Assembly: GCF_006345805.1 (NCBI RefSeq)
Contig: NW_021834788.1
Location: forward strand, 1 to 64,000
Source: Octopus sinensis
Taxonomy: Eukaryota
Length of the DNA: 64,000 bases
Direction: 5' to 3'
The notes beneath the pieces are model-generated. The model made no database searches and was not told the origin of the DNA. It worked only from the letters and a program-made list of their open reading frames with translations. The translations under genes were made by a program, and so were the position numbers. Shown in pieces: positions 13,521-26,575 of this stretch. Each line of letters begins with the position of its first letter. The first letter of the stretch is position 1.

Positions 13521-13902
13521 TATATTGTATAACGATTATATACATATACACACACTTTTGTACGTATGTATGATTTGGCACGTCGTATATATCCATATTA
13601 TTCTATTACAGCGAAATATGAGTGTAAAATAAACCTTAGGAAAGGCTTTAAATTGAAATTTTTGGGCCTAATGTGTAAATTTTTGTGTGAAATGCTGATT
13701 TTTGCCTATGCATGAAACACAATAGTACAAACTAATAAAACGGTTCATTTCACTAAATTTTAAAGTGCATTATACGGCATTAATTTTGTCCTTAAGATCA
13801 CGAAAGATATGAAGCGACGAAGGAATAATTATGGTTGCGTTATTAAAAAACAATAACTGTATGAAATAAGCTGACAATGATTATGATCACACCACGGCGA
13901 TA

Positions 13903-14024
13903 ATGACGATGACGACGATGACGATGACGACAATGATGACGATGGCGATGATGACGACGATGATGATGATGACGATGATGATGACGATGATGATGATGAC
14001 GACGATGATGATGATGACGACGAC

Positions 14025-14092
<68 letters not shown>

Positions 14093-14134
14093 CGATGATG
14101 ATGATGATGATGATGATGATGACGATGATGATGA
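13903..14134. repeat. (GAT/GAC)n trinucleotide microsatellite
   Basis: Directly visible. Confidence 0.97.
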
Positions 14135-15189
14135 TAATGGGGCATAAGAGGAGCTCGAGTAAGGCAACGTTCATGACTATGACTGCAATAATGTAATAAA
14201 AATTATGAATACAATAAGTGTTTAAATATGCATCAAAGAAAAAGCCATTTTCTATGCATATATGCATTCATACGCACATACGATGTATGTATGTACGTAT
14301 GTATATATATATATATTTCAGTGAAGCATCTACTACAGAAATTAGTAGAACTCTAGTTCGTGGGAAATCAGAACTTATGCGTTTCTTTTTATAGGATGAG
14401 AAACCAGTTCTGCATATTTCTCTTCCAACAAACTGAAGATATTTCTCGTTCGTTATTACATTATATTACTCGTATGAGTCTCAGCAACTAATTTTTGTGT
14501 ATCTGTTTAATCAGTGTGATTTACAATGATAAGTATTCAATCACGTCGTGGTCATCCGATCTTTCTTGTGGTCTCTTTGACTTCACAGTAGAATGTGCTT
14601 GTCACTTCTCAAACATCGGGATGTAATGAAGGATATTTGTTTGCTATGAGTTGTAGAGCAAGTGACTGCTTATTGGCTTCATGCTTTGATTCTCAAGTCC
14701 TTGTTGTACTGTTGATAATAGAGAAGATATGGTAGTGTATACTACACACGCATACACACACACACGCGCACATACACATACACACACCCACACACATATA
14801 TACACACACAAATATATATGGAGTTAAAATTTACAGAAAACAAAAGACGAAGGCGAAGACAACAAGCAGGCGTTTTCGTAGGGATTAACGGTTTAACATG
14901 ATGCAATGATGAAATACGTGCACACACACACACACACACGCACGCACACACACATACACACATATGTGTATATAGCAATGCTCTGGACTCTACTCACCTG
15001 AACAGGTTCAGGTACACAGTTATTGTTGGATCATATCAATGCACTAATGTGTATAACGAATAAAATTCAGCAATTACCAGCTGATAATGTTGCGCAGAAA
15101 CAATTGTAGAGATTTGGAATAAAGCTTGTTCATTCTATGTTCCAGAATTAAAATTCTTTGTGCTTCGCTGTTGTCCAAGTATTTCAAAG

Positions 15190-15337
15190 ATGGCCTCTTC
15201 TACCAAAACAGAAGTTCTCCGCGAGAAGTCTGAACCAGTTTTTCTGCTACACGTTCGTTGAAAGTTCCTGGGCCTTCCACATCATTAATTTTTTTTTGTT
15301 ACTGCTCTTGCCCCCCAATTCTGTTTTCCACGGGTAG
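15190..15337 (-). mobile_element. Decayed mariner transposase N-terminal HTH relic
   Basis: Minus strand reads KKINDVEGPGTFNERVAEK(fs)WFR, resembling the mariner INxxxGxGTVNERTAQxWFxRF motif. Confidence 0.5.
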
Positions 15338-16706
15338 CTGTAAAATAAAGTACAATCAATTGATGTTTATATATTATATATTAAAATAGTGTATAAACAG
15401 TTCTGCAACGATTGAATAACAAATTGTATCGAATTAATGACATAACGTATAAATGCAAGTTGCCAAATAACGTCAGTGAAACTCCGAAAAAAATTGTGTC
15501 ACACACTGGTAGCATAACATACAAGCATATGTGCTATGAAATATTGATATACATTATATGTAATGTCTTTTAAAATGTATGGTGATTTACAATACGACGT
15601 AATTGTAATGTGATGTTAGGATATAAATAAGATATCATATTGTATAACATAGTACAATAATTAATGATATGATGATATTGTATATGGCTGTATATAATAT
15701 ATGATAGTACATATTATATGATAAAATATTATACTATATGATGAAAGAAAACCATAAGATATAACAACGATTCTTGGGGTAAAAGATTATCAATTATTAA
15801 AAGATTATCAATTGAGATTATCAATCAAAATTCCATATCTTGAACCCCACCACCAGCCAAGCTTTGTCCAAGTCAATTTCCCACTCAATGTCCAGTATTT
15901 AAAACAAGCTTTTATAAATCGTCACCATTCATTCTGTAAAGTCGAGCAAAATACGAAACCCAATAATTAATCATGAGTACATTCGTCGTTTAAGAACTCT
16001 ACATGCACCTAAGATGTTGTTTCAATGTTATCCGTTGTGTATATTTGATAAGTATGTGTAGAACCATCAAAATGTGTTTAGAATTTAGAATTTACTTCAG
16101 TAATTTGACAAGAAAGACTTGAGCACTGTGTATAATTACAATTCAAAACGTGCAATTTAGGAGAAAGAGAGAGAGAGAGAGAGAGAGGAAGGGGGATAGG
16201 GAGAGAAGCCGACAGGAAGAAAGCGATAGAAGAGAAAGAGAAATTGAATGAGCACTTAGCCTTGTAGTAAAAAAACAGCAACAAATATTTATGATATTAT
16301 CACTAATGAATGGCAAAGATACGATCAGGTGGTATATATAATTTGATTGTCAGAGTCATGTGTATATGTTCGATTATAAATTAACAAAGACATTACTGCT
16401 AGTTACATGGAAGATACAACGAAACAATTAACGAAAAGTTAGTGTGTAAATCAAATAAATCAAAAGATAAAGAACAACTCGGATATGTGTACGTAAAGCA
16501 GAAGATGGATAATTTGATAAGAGCTAACAGTTAACACTACCGAAACTGAAGAGCAACTTATGCACCGTTTTCAATGTTGCAGCCTTTGCTGATGTTGAAA
16601 TTTAAATTCTCAATTCAACCTTCGAAATCCTCTAATTACAGTGTACACGCATTCATAAAAAAATAAAATAGCAGTAATAGTGATGACGATGATGATGATG
16701 ATAATA

Positions 16707-16751
<45 letters not shown>

Positions 16752-16802
16752 GTAATTATAATAATAATGATGATGATTGATAACAATAATAATAATAATC
16801 AT

Positions 16803-17005
16803 CACAAATACATAACAAAAATATCAGGACTTACAAACACATAAAACATACAAAAAATTGCACTACTGGGCACTGCCCACATCCTACGCAAAATATTTTC
16901 AATACAGTAACCATCAGAGCATCACAACAAAACACAGCACATACCCAAAGCACACGGAGCTGCGCTCGGTAGTGAAGTGAAAGCACGATATAAAAAACCC
17001 CCACT
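16803..17005 (+). mobile_element. 3' end of an R4/Dong-type (RLE) non-LTR retrotransposon
   Basis: ...NIQKIALLGTAHILRKIFSIQ* followed by a short 3' UTR, flanked by (TAA)n/(TGA)n tracts. Confidence 0.8.
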
Positions 17006-17079
17006 GAATGATGATGATGATGATAATAATAATAATAATAAGAAGAAGAAGAAGAAGAAGTAGAAGAAGTAGAAGAATA

Positions 17080-17625
17080 TAATATTATTCTAAAGTATCA
17101 ATTACTTTTGAGTGAGTGCAGTATACTAGCACAAAAGGGGTATAAGCGCAGACATGACTGTGTGGGCAAAAGATGCATTGGGACTTTAGTCGAGTGTATG
17201 GCTTCAAAGCTAGAGGAAAGTGGTATGGACGAGAATGACAAGATTTTATGGGATTTTCCTTTTCAAACGGATAAGAAGCGATTTAATTATAAACCAAATA
17301 TAACAATAGTGGACAAGGAAACAGTGTTGCTAGATAATTGATGCATCATGTCTGTTTGATTGCAGGATTGTAAAGAAAGATGAAATATTTAAAAAATTCA
17401 ATCCGTTCAAGTTTGAAATAGCGAGTATTGGAATATGAAAACTGTAAGGTTTGTATGTGTAATAATTGGTGCATTGGGAACTCTAAAGATATAGCCAAAT
17501 TGTTCAAGGAGATGGGAATAGAATGTTCTGTAGAGTGATTATCAGAAGGATTTTGAAAGAATATTGAAATCTTTTGGATATCTAAGGATACCGGTAATAA
17601 ATTGCTACCCACATAAATTCTACCA
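17080..17625 (+). mobile_element. R4/Dong-type LINE fragment (CCHC knuckle end + restriction-like endonuclease), decayed
   Basis: LSECSILAQKGYKRRHDCVGK and ENDKILWDFPFQTDKKRFNYKPNITIVDKE, later VIIGALG. Followed by a (TAA)n tract. Confidence 0.8.
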
Positions 17626-17651
17626 GAAATAAGAACAATGATAATAATAAA

Positions 17652-17698
<47 letters not shown>

Positions 17699-17759
17699 TA
17701 ATAATAATAATAATAAATATTATTATTATTATTATTGTTATTTCAAATTACTTTTTTTC

Positions 17760-17872
17760 CTACAAGGGCAGCTTGTAGAAGGTGGGGAATGAGTCGATTA
17801 CATCGACCCCAGTGGTCGACTGGTACTTATTTTATCGACCCCGAAAGGATGAAAGACGTAGTTGACCCTCGG
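17760..17872 (-). mobile_element. SINE family B fragment
   Basis: gtcgattacatcgaccccag...ctggtacttattttatcgaccccgaaaggatgaaag. Confidence 0.75.
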
Positions 17873-19152
17873 TTGTGTATTTGTAGTAAAAATTATTGTA
17901 TGTGGTTAGACGATCTAAAGTCTAAATTTCAAAATATTGGAATAGGAAATTATTTTGTTTTGTCCTTATTTATCATTGCATATATATATATATATATATA
18001 TAGTGCCACTGCGTTATCTGACACTTTTGCCGGACCGCAAAGTTACGGGGACGTAAAAGCATCAACATCTATTGTCAAGCGGTGGTGAGAGGACAAACAC
18101 AGATACATGAATGTATATACATACATACATACATACATACATACATACATACATACATACATACATACATACATACATACATACATACATACACAAACAT
18201 ACATACATACAGAGAAAGAGAGAGAAAGAAAAATAAAGAAAGAAGGAAATCATTGAATTTAAGCCACCACACGTAGAGCCATACTGGAATGTTCTTTCAG
18301 TTGTTGTTGCTCATTTCTTGTTTCGTAATTTTAAATTCTATATTATACTAACCTCAAAATATTTTACTAATTATTTTCATTGCTGATTCCTTGTAAGTGC
18401 ATCAGTGTGTGTTACACGACATCTTCTATTATGAATTAGCGAGAAAAACAGGAACATCATTGATACCGTTAAAGACAGCCACCAGTTTGGTGTTATATTA
18501 CATGAGGCAGAGCAATTTGATGTATATAAGAGAAATATAAGCAAACTTCTTTTTTTCTTCCAGTGAATTGCTAGAGTTGGGTAGATTGATTAAATGGAAA
18601 AATATTTAGCGTAGAGATTAAAGTGCTAGAAGCAGCAAGGTTGTCAAGCGTAAGAAAGAAAGAAAGATCTTGTGAAACTGTGTACAGGTGGCATCCAACT
18701 AGCTATAAGTTCATACAAGTAGATATCTTTATAGCAACGAGAGATAGTTGGACAATAGCTGGAGGGATTTCACAGACTGATAGATAGAGACAGATCTATT
18801 ATTAACGGTTTCAGATGGTTAATCTGATACATGAGCAACTACTGCACTTAGATATCTCTCAAAAGCCTCCAGGAAAACTTTGATTTTGTAACTTTTAAAG
18901 AAGGTATCTTTAACCTATTTAAAAGTGTTTCTCTTTTCTTAACGTATATTCTTTCGATGTTTCGCTTCCGTATAGTCTTTTCTTTCGTATATTCTCCCAC
19001 TGTTTCGTATATTCTTGCTCGTATGCATTTAGCAGTGTAGACAATACATTTCTAATTTAGGAAATTTTTCGCCTTTTTTTTGCTTTTCCTAAGTCTTATA
19101 TTGTTAAGTATTAAGGCCTACCTTATTCATTACTTATATACTACTTGCTCTA

Positions 19153-19544
19153 GTGGAGGCGCATTGGCCCAGTGGTTAGGGCAGCGGACTCGCGGTCGTA
19201 GGATCGCAGTTTCGATTCCCAGACCGGGCGTTGTGAGTGTTTATTGAGCGAAAACACCTAAAGCTCCACGAGGCTCCGGCAGGGGATGGTGGTGATCCCT
19301 GCTGTACTCTTTCACCACAACTTTCTCTCACTCTTACTTCCTGTTTCTGTTGTACCTGTATTTCAAAGGGCCGGCCTTGTCACTCTCTGTGTCACGCTGA
19401 AAATCCCCGAGAACTACGGTAAGGGTACACGTGTCTGTGGAGTGCTCAGCCACTTACACGTTAATTTCACGAGCAGGCTGTTCCGTTGATCGGATCAACC
19501 GGAACCGTCGTCGTCGTAACCGACGGAGTGCTTCCTTTTTTAAA
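19153..19544 (+). mobile_element. tRNA-derived SINE family C (tail type 1), full length
   Basis: A box tggcccagtggtt and B box gtttcgattccc. 12-bp TSD actacttgctct at 19140-19151 and 19545-19556. Near-identical to 60211-60588. Confidence 0.92.
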
Positions 19545-20829
19545 ACTACTTGCTCTGATAGTTATTGCTGTTTTATTTTTTTCGTATCTTGAGCCCCGAA
19601 TCAGCTTTTTAAACAGTAACTGCTGTGGTGTTTTTTCTCATATATAACAATGACATTATCCAGTGTAATCTTTATTTTTGACGGCAGAGCGCGATATTGG
19701 GAAGATTACTTTACTGTTTCTGTCAGATCAAATAACAATGTGGAGGTTTCCTCATTAGATTTCTGTTATTTTTGTTTAGCGGTGCGGCCCCACTACGTAA
19801 TGGTTGTTAGCTGACAATCTATATTATAGCCACGTTTCGTCCGACATCTTGTGAGTAAAATTGATACGCAGAAATTGAAGAAGCTTGACATTATGTTTGT
19901 GAGTGAGTTAGTGAGTGAGTGAGTGAGTGTATATATACATCGTGTGTGTGTATGCAGGCGCGCGGGGGAGATGTGTACGAGGGTGATATCTTCTTGTCAT
20001 TCTGCGTTCGTTGAGTGGGGATCAAGACGAAAGTCTCGCTATTAAAGCTGTGTTGAATGTTTGCAGTTAACTACGAAAGCATGTCCGAGCTTCTTGATAT
20101 GTCCTGACAAAAACAAACAACCAAGCAAACAAATAGCTCCCTTGCAAACAAAAGAGGTTCGGAATGTCCAAGCCTTTTTGTTCGAAAGAATTATGGATTA
20201 TTATTATGCTTGGAAGTAAGTAACTGTTGGAGATATGAAGGACATTGGTCCGTAGAAAATTTGCCTTCACGAATTCAGATCGTCCTATGAAAGCATGGGA
20301 ACGTAAGCATTAAAACAATATAGTGTTTTCAAAAAGGAACAAATTTACCAAAACGTACACAGTTGAAAGTGAAAATATCCTATGAATGTATAACTTTACA
20401 AACGGTAGAAAATAGTGGTTTTCGTCTACAAAGGGAAATTTGTTCTATGAACATATCGCTTAGTAACATCATTTAATTGTGACATTATCCGTTATTAATT
20501 TAGAAAATTCAACATTGGTGGTATAACGTACATTCATAAGCTTAAGTTGTGATAAAGTTGTCAGACAGTTGCTAATTGTCGGCAGTACATTTCTATTGCA
20601 CGAACGCAAATGCCAGAGCTTGAGAATATACATTCAAGGCCTTTCCACGCATAATACCACTGGGATACGCGCACGAAGTTCCAGATCTTTTATAGGGTCG
20701 CCGTTCAGACCCATACGCACACACACAAATACACACACAGACACACACACACATACATATATATATATACACATACATATATATATGTATGTATATGCAT
20801 ATGTATGTATGTAGGTATATATATTTTTA

Positions 20830-20975
20830 TACGCCGGGTTTCTTTCAGTTACTGTTTACCAAATCCACTCACATAGCTTTAGTTGACGAGCTATAGTAAA
20901 AGACACTTCCTGAAGCTGCCCCACGGTGGGACTGAACTGAATCCCAAACCCTATGGCTTGGAAGCAATCTTCTTA
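20830..20975 (-). mobile_element. SINE family A 5' half, degraded
   Basis: tctttcagtt...accaaatccactcac...ctatagtaaaagacactt...gtgggactgaac. Confidence 0.75.
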
Positions 20976-21429
20976 CGAAACCTAGTCTTTGAGATTAAAT
21001 TAATCTGTTGCTTAAAATTAAAAGTTCATTACCAACATCAGTTGCATACATGTATTTCTGAAGACCCTTAAAGTTTCACTCGTGTATTGCTAAAGCCTGT
21101 TACATTCTATCTACTTATTAATTTCTTAATTGCCTCAATTATTTGTTGTATAGGAAAAAAAGATCATTTCATTATATTTTTCAAACACTAACTGTCGTTC
21201 CTAAACAACCCTACTTCCTTACATTGATGACTATATCAAGTATGAGAACTTTGTGAATTCTCTCTTAAAAGTTTTTTGAACGATGGCGTATTTGCCACAA
21301 AATACTTTTCAAGCAGTTGGCAGTTTTATGATTTATTTTACACGTTCAAAAGTATGACGGCTATGTAGATGCAATCTCTTAAATATTTAATGGTGAGTAA
21401 AAATCTCTGGGACATATTGATTGAAAGTT

Positions 21430-21440
21430 TATTATTATTA

Positions 21441-21502
<62 letters not shown>
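21430..21502. repeat. (ATT)n microsatellite
   Basis: Directly visible. Confidence 0.95.
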
Positions 21503-22664
21503 GCCACACATTATAATTACGAAAGGATAAGTGGAACAAATTTAATTTTAGTAGTAACTCTATATCGAATATTTTATCAATTATTCCCGCAGTGTTTATT
21601 CGCAAGTCCTATCGATTCTCATTTGGGTTAGTTTGGAATCTGATAGTCTGTGGTAATTAAGTTGAAAAGTTTAAAAGCGAAAGGCTGTGAAACAGGATAT
21701 CCCAATCGCCCAATACTAATCTCTTATAATAATCGCTTACAATCAAAATATTTAATTTATTAAAACCCTTATCCTATTAACAGCTATTCGATCGAAAGTA
21801 ATGAAAATAATTTATTGTATGAAGAAAACAAAAAAAAAAATATCGCAAAACCCCTCAAACATCTCAATGTCGGCATTCAAAAAAATACGTGATCATGGAA
21901 GTCAGAAGTCACAATTTTCGTCAATTGCTTTATTTAATAAATAATGATTAAGTACTTACTACGCCATCGCAAGAAAGAAAGCAAACGCATATATTATGCG
22001 TTGGTTTAAATAAGTGTAAGTTTTAAGCACGTGCATTTTAGGTGAATATTTTCCCACCTCGTATTTATATATCTGCAGTTTTTTTTCTATTTGGATATGT
22101 GCTTCATTATATTGGTTTGGGAGTTATTCATCATAATTGTATACAGGGTAATGTAATATAAGTTATGATGGTTTGGTGATTCTAGCTTAATGTGGTTTAT
22201 TTGTGGTGCAACAGAATTTATTGATACAATATTTGAATTGAGACTGCTACATAAAAAAAAATAAGTGAGCAACAACTTCAAGATTATAGATTTTTACTAT
22301 ATTAATAAGATAAATGACAGCTTTCTTTATCTCTCCCGTCTTCTGAATCTTCACCTCTCTCTTTCTCTACACACACATATATATGCATAAGCGTGTGTCT
22401 TCCCACACATATACATATATGTATACAAGTATATACGTATTGTATTTATAAGAGTTGCCTGTGACTTTAAGTTATTTCTCTCGAGGCTTTATCAAACAGT
22501 TAAGAGAAGCGAATCTTCAAGTCACAGTAAAATCCTGTGTGCAGTAAATTTGTCTGTAATTTGTCAGCATTGAAGCCGCCTGAATCCTTTTATCTGTTAA
22601 TGACTGTTATTTGTCACTTAATTCCCATCAAGATGTATTTTCAGATACACACACACACACACAC

Positions 22665-22706
<42 letters not shown>

Positions 22707-23889
22707 TACACATACATCCATATATACAAACACACGTATGTTATATATATGTATGTATGTGTGTATGTGGGGTGTGACGTGCGTTTTTTATTCTTTGATT
22801 GAGTAGCGTCTGCTTACGTGTAATGCCTGTATAATTTGTATGTGTGTTTTTTATGTGCCTATGTGGTAATGTGTGTGTGTGTGTGTTTTGTACTTTTGCA
22901 ATAACACGATATATCTTGACAATATTATACACATGCACTGCCAGTTATGTGTATATATGTAAAGTGTCGACTCTGATAGAAGTGACTTTATATAGTAGCA
23001 GCTATGCTGTAAAAGTATATCATCTTTAGACAGTTCTACTGAGGACCCCATTAGCCACATTACCATTGTTATTTTCAGTTTGGGCCCAATGATTTATAGT
23101 AATCAAGATCCTACCACGAGACCATCGTATGTTTATATTACTTAAATTAGAATACTATCAATACACAAAGTCACAACCGCAATCATCCGCCCCGACTTTG
23201 CATATAAATGTGGTTCTCATATACATGTGTGTTGTTTTGAAACCCTAAGACCTTGGCTTCTTGTCCCCGAGGTTTAACTTTCGTAGACTCTGTATTCAAC
23301 AAGCCTGGTTCTGAGTTAAGTATTTGTTGTCCCGCGGGGAAAATAAATACTACGTTGGCCGTTTCCTCTTATTTTCAATGGAGACATCACTGAGATATTG
23401 GGTTCGCGCTGTGTTTAATTGTTGGGATCCACCATAGATCGTCCGTTTCCACTCCTACTGATTAATCGCTAACGATTTTCAGTTGTACATAAAGATACTA
23501 CCCTGTTGTAAATTTCCTATCAGTTTGTCTCTAAGTCGCTACTTTCTTCGTCGTTATGTCTAGTTTCCGTCTATATGCTTTGAGTAAGATAATTGTTTGA
23601 TCAATCGATAGCTCTTCATAACACGACTATCACATCGTAGAAGACGTCGCGTATTTATAGTTTCATCTCAGATATATTGTGTTCGAGTATTCAGACATTT
23701 TCTCGTCTTTTCTGCAAGTAAATTCGCATTATTTTTCTTAAGCCATCTCCTGTAGTATATTTCCAATGTATTGAAATGCCTCTTATGACTCATCCAAGTT
23801 CTCATAAGAACTATCTGTCTACTACGCCATAAGTTTGGTTGCTGTCTTCTCAGACGAACAAAAATTTTACCTACGCTGTTTTTGCTACT

Positions 23890-24400
23890 CATGATCAGCT
23901 GAATGAATGTGAACAACGTGAAATGATGCTCTTTGCTCAAAGAACTAATACTTAGCCTGGTCCAGAAATAGAACGCATTACTCTATGCTGTTGTTGTTGT
24001 TGTTAAGCAACAAGACGGGTAAGGGTGATTAAGTGATGGTCTAGGGCTTAAGGGCGGGAGACCCCAGACCTTGGGGAAAAAAAACTTTGGTCGTCTTGTA
24101 GTCGAGGTGGCCCTCGAAGTCGCTGGAAATGGTGATCTCCAGGTCCAAATTCTTGAACGCATTACTCTATGCTGTTGTTGTTGTTATTGTTAAGCAACAA
24201 GACGCGTAAGGGTGATTAGGTGATGGTCTAGGGCTTAGGGGCAGGAGACCCCAGACCTTGGGAAAAAAAAACTTTGGTCGTCTTGTTGTAGTCGAGGTGG
24301 CCCTCGAAGTCGCTGGAAATGGAGATCTCCAGGTCCAAATTCTTGAACACATTACTCTATGCTTGTGAGTCTAGCACTCTAACAAGTAAGCAATCCTTCA
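23890..24400 (-). mobile_element. Old tRNA-derived SINE head interrupted by a tandem retro-insert
   Basis: Removing 23990-24363 restores gtgaagga...gttagagtgctagactcacaa...gcgttctatttctggacc...gttcttgagcaaag...catttcacgttg, which resembles 1274-1440. Confidence 0.55.
23971..24363 (-). repeat. Two tandem ~170-bp retroposon 3' ends with (CAA)n tail, separated and flanked by three copies of a 19-bp TSD
   Basis: gaac(g/a)cattactctatgct at 23971, 24155 and 24345. Both units have the same 5' truncation point. Confidence 0.88.
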
Positions 24401-24694
24401 CTTATACTATTAGTATTATTAATATACCATTACTGATACCATTTTTATTACTTCTGCCTCTAAAATTCACTTATTACAGTTCACATCGCATTTAACGTAA
24501 ACACTTGCATCAGGATCATTAACTTCAGCTTCACTATCCTGTATTACTAACGTCATTAGCTCAACCATCAACATCAAATGTACCTCTGTTTCATCTCCAG
24601 AATAACCTCTTTCATTTCCGTCACTATCAGATACCTTTACATCTACAATCACTGTCACTATCAAGTAAACTTATAATGTTTACCACGATAAGAA

Positions 24695-25215
24695 CCACCA
24701 CCACGACCACCGCGCCGCCGCCACCACCACCACCACCACCACTACTACCACAACCATCACCACCACCACAACTACAACAACCATCACCACCGCCACTACT
24801 ACCACAACCATCACCACCGCCACCACTACAACAACCACCACCACCACCACCACTACAACAACCACCACCACAACCACCACCACCATCACCGATACCACCA
24901 CCGCCACCACTACCACCACCAGAACCACCACCGCCACCATCACCACTATCACTACAACCCCCACCACCATCATCATCAACACCACCACAACCACCACCAC
25001 CACAACCACCACTACAACAACCACCACCACCACCACCACCACAACCACCACCACCATCACCGATACCACCACAACCACCACTACCACCACCAGAACCACC
25101 ACCACCACTATCACCCCCACAACCACACCCACCACCACCACCACCTCCACCGACACCACCCAGCAACACCACAACAAGGTCAACAACAACGACAACGACG
25201 CCGATGACCGCCGCC
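24695..25215. repeat. Compound (CCA/CAA)n low-complexity tract with internal higher-order duplication
   Basis: Directly visible. The block accatcaccgataccacc...ctaccaccaccagaacc occurs twice (~24880 and ~25055). Confidence 0.92.
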
Positions 25216-25377
25216 ACCTTCATCCATGACTAGCTCACTATTTTACCTACCGACCCTGTAGCCCCTGATGGTAAATTATTTGCTCTTAACATATTGGGTT
25301 TTTAGACTATTTGTCTAAGCCATGTTATTCATTCCTTTTACTTCTTCCTTTTCTTCATATTGTATGCTCTTGTTTTA

Positions 25378-25493
25378 CACTCTGATGAAGATCCGTTGCC
25401 TTATTTCGAATCCCCTATGGAGATGAAAAACTTTATTCTCCCATTTATTTATAGACTGCATTTAGGCAATCCGATCAGTAACGGCCGTAAGAT
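25378..25493 (+). ncRNA. Hammerhead ribozyme with long stem II, probably inactive (GAAA mutated to GTAA)
   Basis: CTGATGA (25382-25388)-a-gatc.gttgcct...aggcaat..gatc-a-GTAAC-ggcc-GTA, with palindromic stem III acggccgt. Confidence 0.55.
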
Positions 25494-25987
25494 ATGTTAC
25501 GTCACCTATTTTGTTATGTAAAGCTTTATATTCAAAAATATGGTATAAATGTGGTCCAATCGATGGGTTGGTTAATCTGTGGTTTTCTCCATTTTCTAAG
25601 TATTTGCATTGGTTCCTGATAAACTCTTTTCTATCCTTTTGTTATCTGCACTCTACGTCTATGGTGTGCCTGCACACCATTGCCCGGAGATAATACAGGT
25701 AACGGATACCGATTGTATACACGGATATGTTATCCCTTAGTCGGTTACTATGACCGCTAACTCTGCATTTGATATATATACACACACAAACACACGCATA
25801 CACACACACACACACACAGACATATATATATATGTCGGGTGACTTTTGGCCAACCTATATATATACAGACATATAGTCTTGGAATAGAAATCACAATCAC
25901 TAGAGCAACATCCGACCACTAGGCCATACACCCTCGCACACACACACATACATATACATACTTATACATATATCTATCTATCTATAT

Positions 25988-26025
<38 letters not shown>

Positions 26026-26106
26026 AATACAATATATAATGTAATATATATGTATATATATATACATACACATATATATACATACATATATATATATATC
26101 TATATA

Positions 26107-26138
<32 letters not shown>

Positions 26139-26150
26139 CATATATATATA

Positions 26151-26246
<96 letters not shown>

Positions 26247-26314
26247 ATATATATATACACATATATAAGTATATGAAAGAATGGAGTTGAACGACTAGTT
26301 AACATATATCCTTT

Positions 26315-26399
26315 ATTCTCGACATATGTTTCGAAGGCTGCATATTCCTAATTCCGAAGGAATCAGGAGTACATTATGCAGATTTCTCATCAGGAATAT
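26315..26399 (-). ncRNA. Type I hammerhead ribozyme, intact core (mirror copy)
   Basis: Minus strand: atattc-CTGATGA-gaaatctgcata...tatgcagccttc-GAAAC-atat-GTC-gagaat. Confidence 0.8.
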
Positions 26400-26490
26400 C
26401 AAGGAACTTATGTCGACATCAAAATGCACAAAAAACTTTTACCTGACCGGTCAGCTAAAAGTTTTGTGTGCATTTTGATGTTATTCCTTG

Positions 26491-26575
26491 ATTTTCCTGA
26501 TGAGAAATCTGCATAATGTACTCCTTATTCCTTCGAAATTAGGAATATGCAGCCTTCGAAACATATGTCGAGAAT
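26491..26575 (+). ncRNA. Type I hammerhead ribozyme, intact core
   Basis: Stem I attttc/gagaat; CTGATGA 26497-26503; extended stem II gaa..ctgcata...tatgcag..ttc; GAAA 26558-26561; palindromic stem III acatatgt; GUC triplet 26567-26569. Confidence 0.82.

Noticed and set aside
13829-14267. Poly-Ser/His/Ile/Met ORFs
   Set aside because: (GAT)n microsatellite artefacts.
19153-19230. Possible tRNA genes at SINE heads (also 35759, 59781, 60211, 63251)
   Set aside because: The A/B boxes continue into SINE bodies, several with TSDs; there is no proper acceptor stem or terminator.
20067-20320. Apparent exon with cag| and |gtaagt
   Set aside because: It runs into decayed SINE-tail-like sequence (ccgtagaaaatttgcc...agcatgg), and the peptide is unrecognisable.
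23971-24363. CRISPR-like repeat-spacer pattern
   Set aside because: The 'spacers' are near-identical 170-bp units, the context is eukaryotic and there are no cas genes.
24627-25233. 185-198-aa poly-Pro / poly-Gly / poly-Val ORFs
   Set aside because: They are translations of a (CCA)n tract that is open in several frames on both strands, with no splice or domain context.
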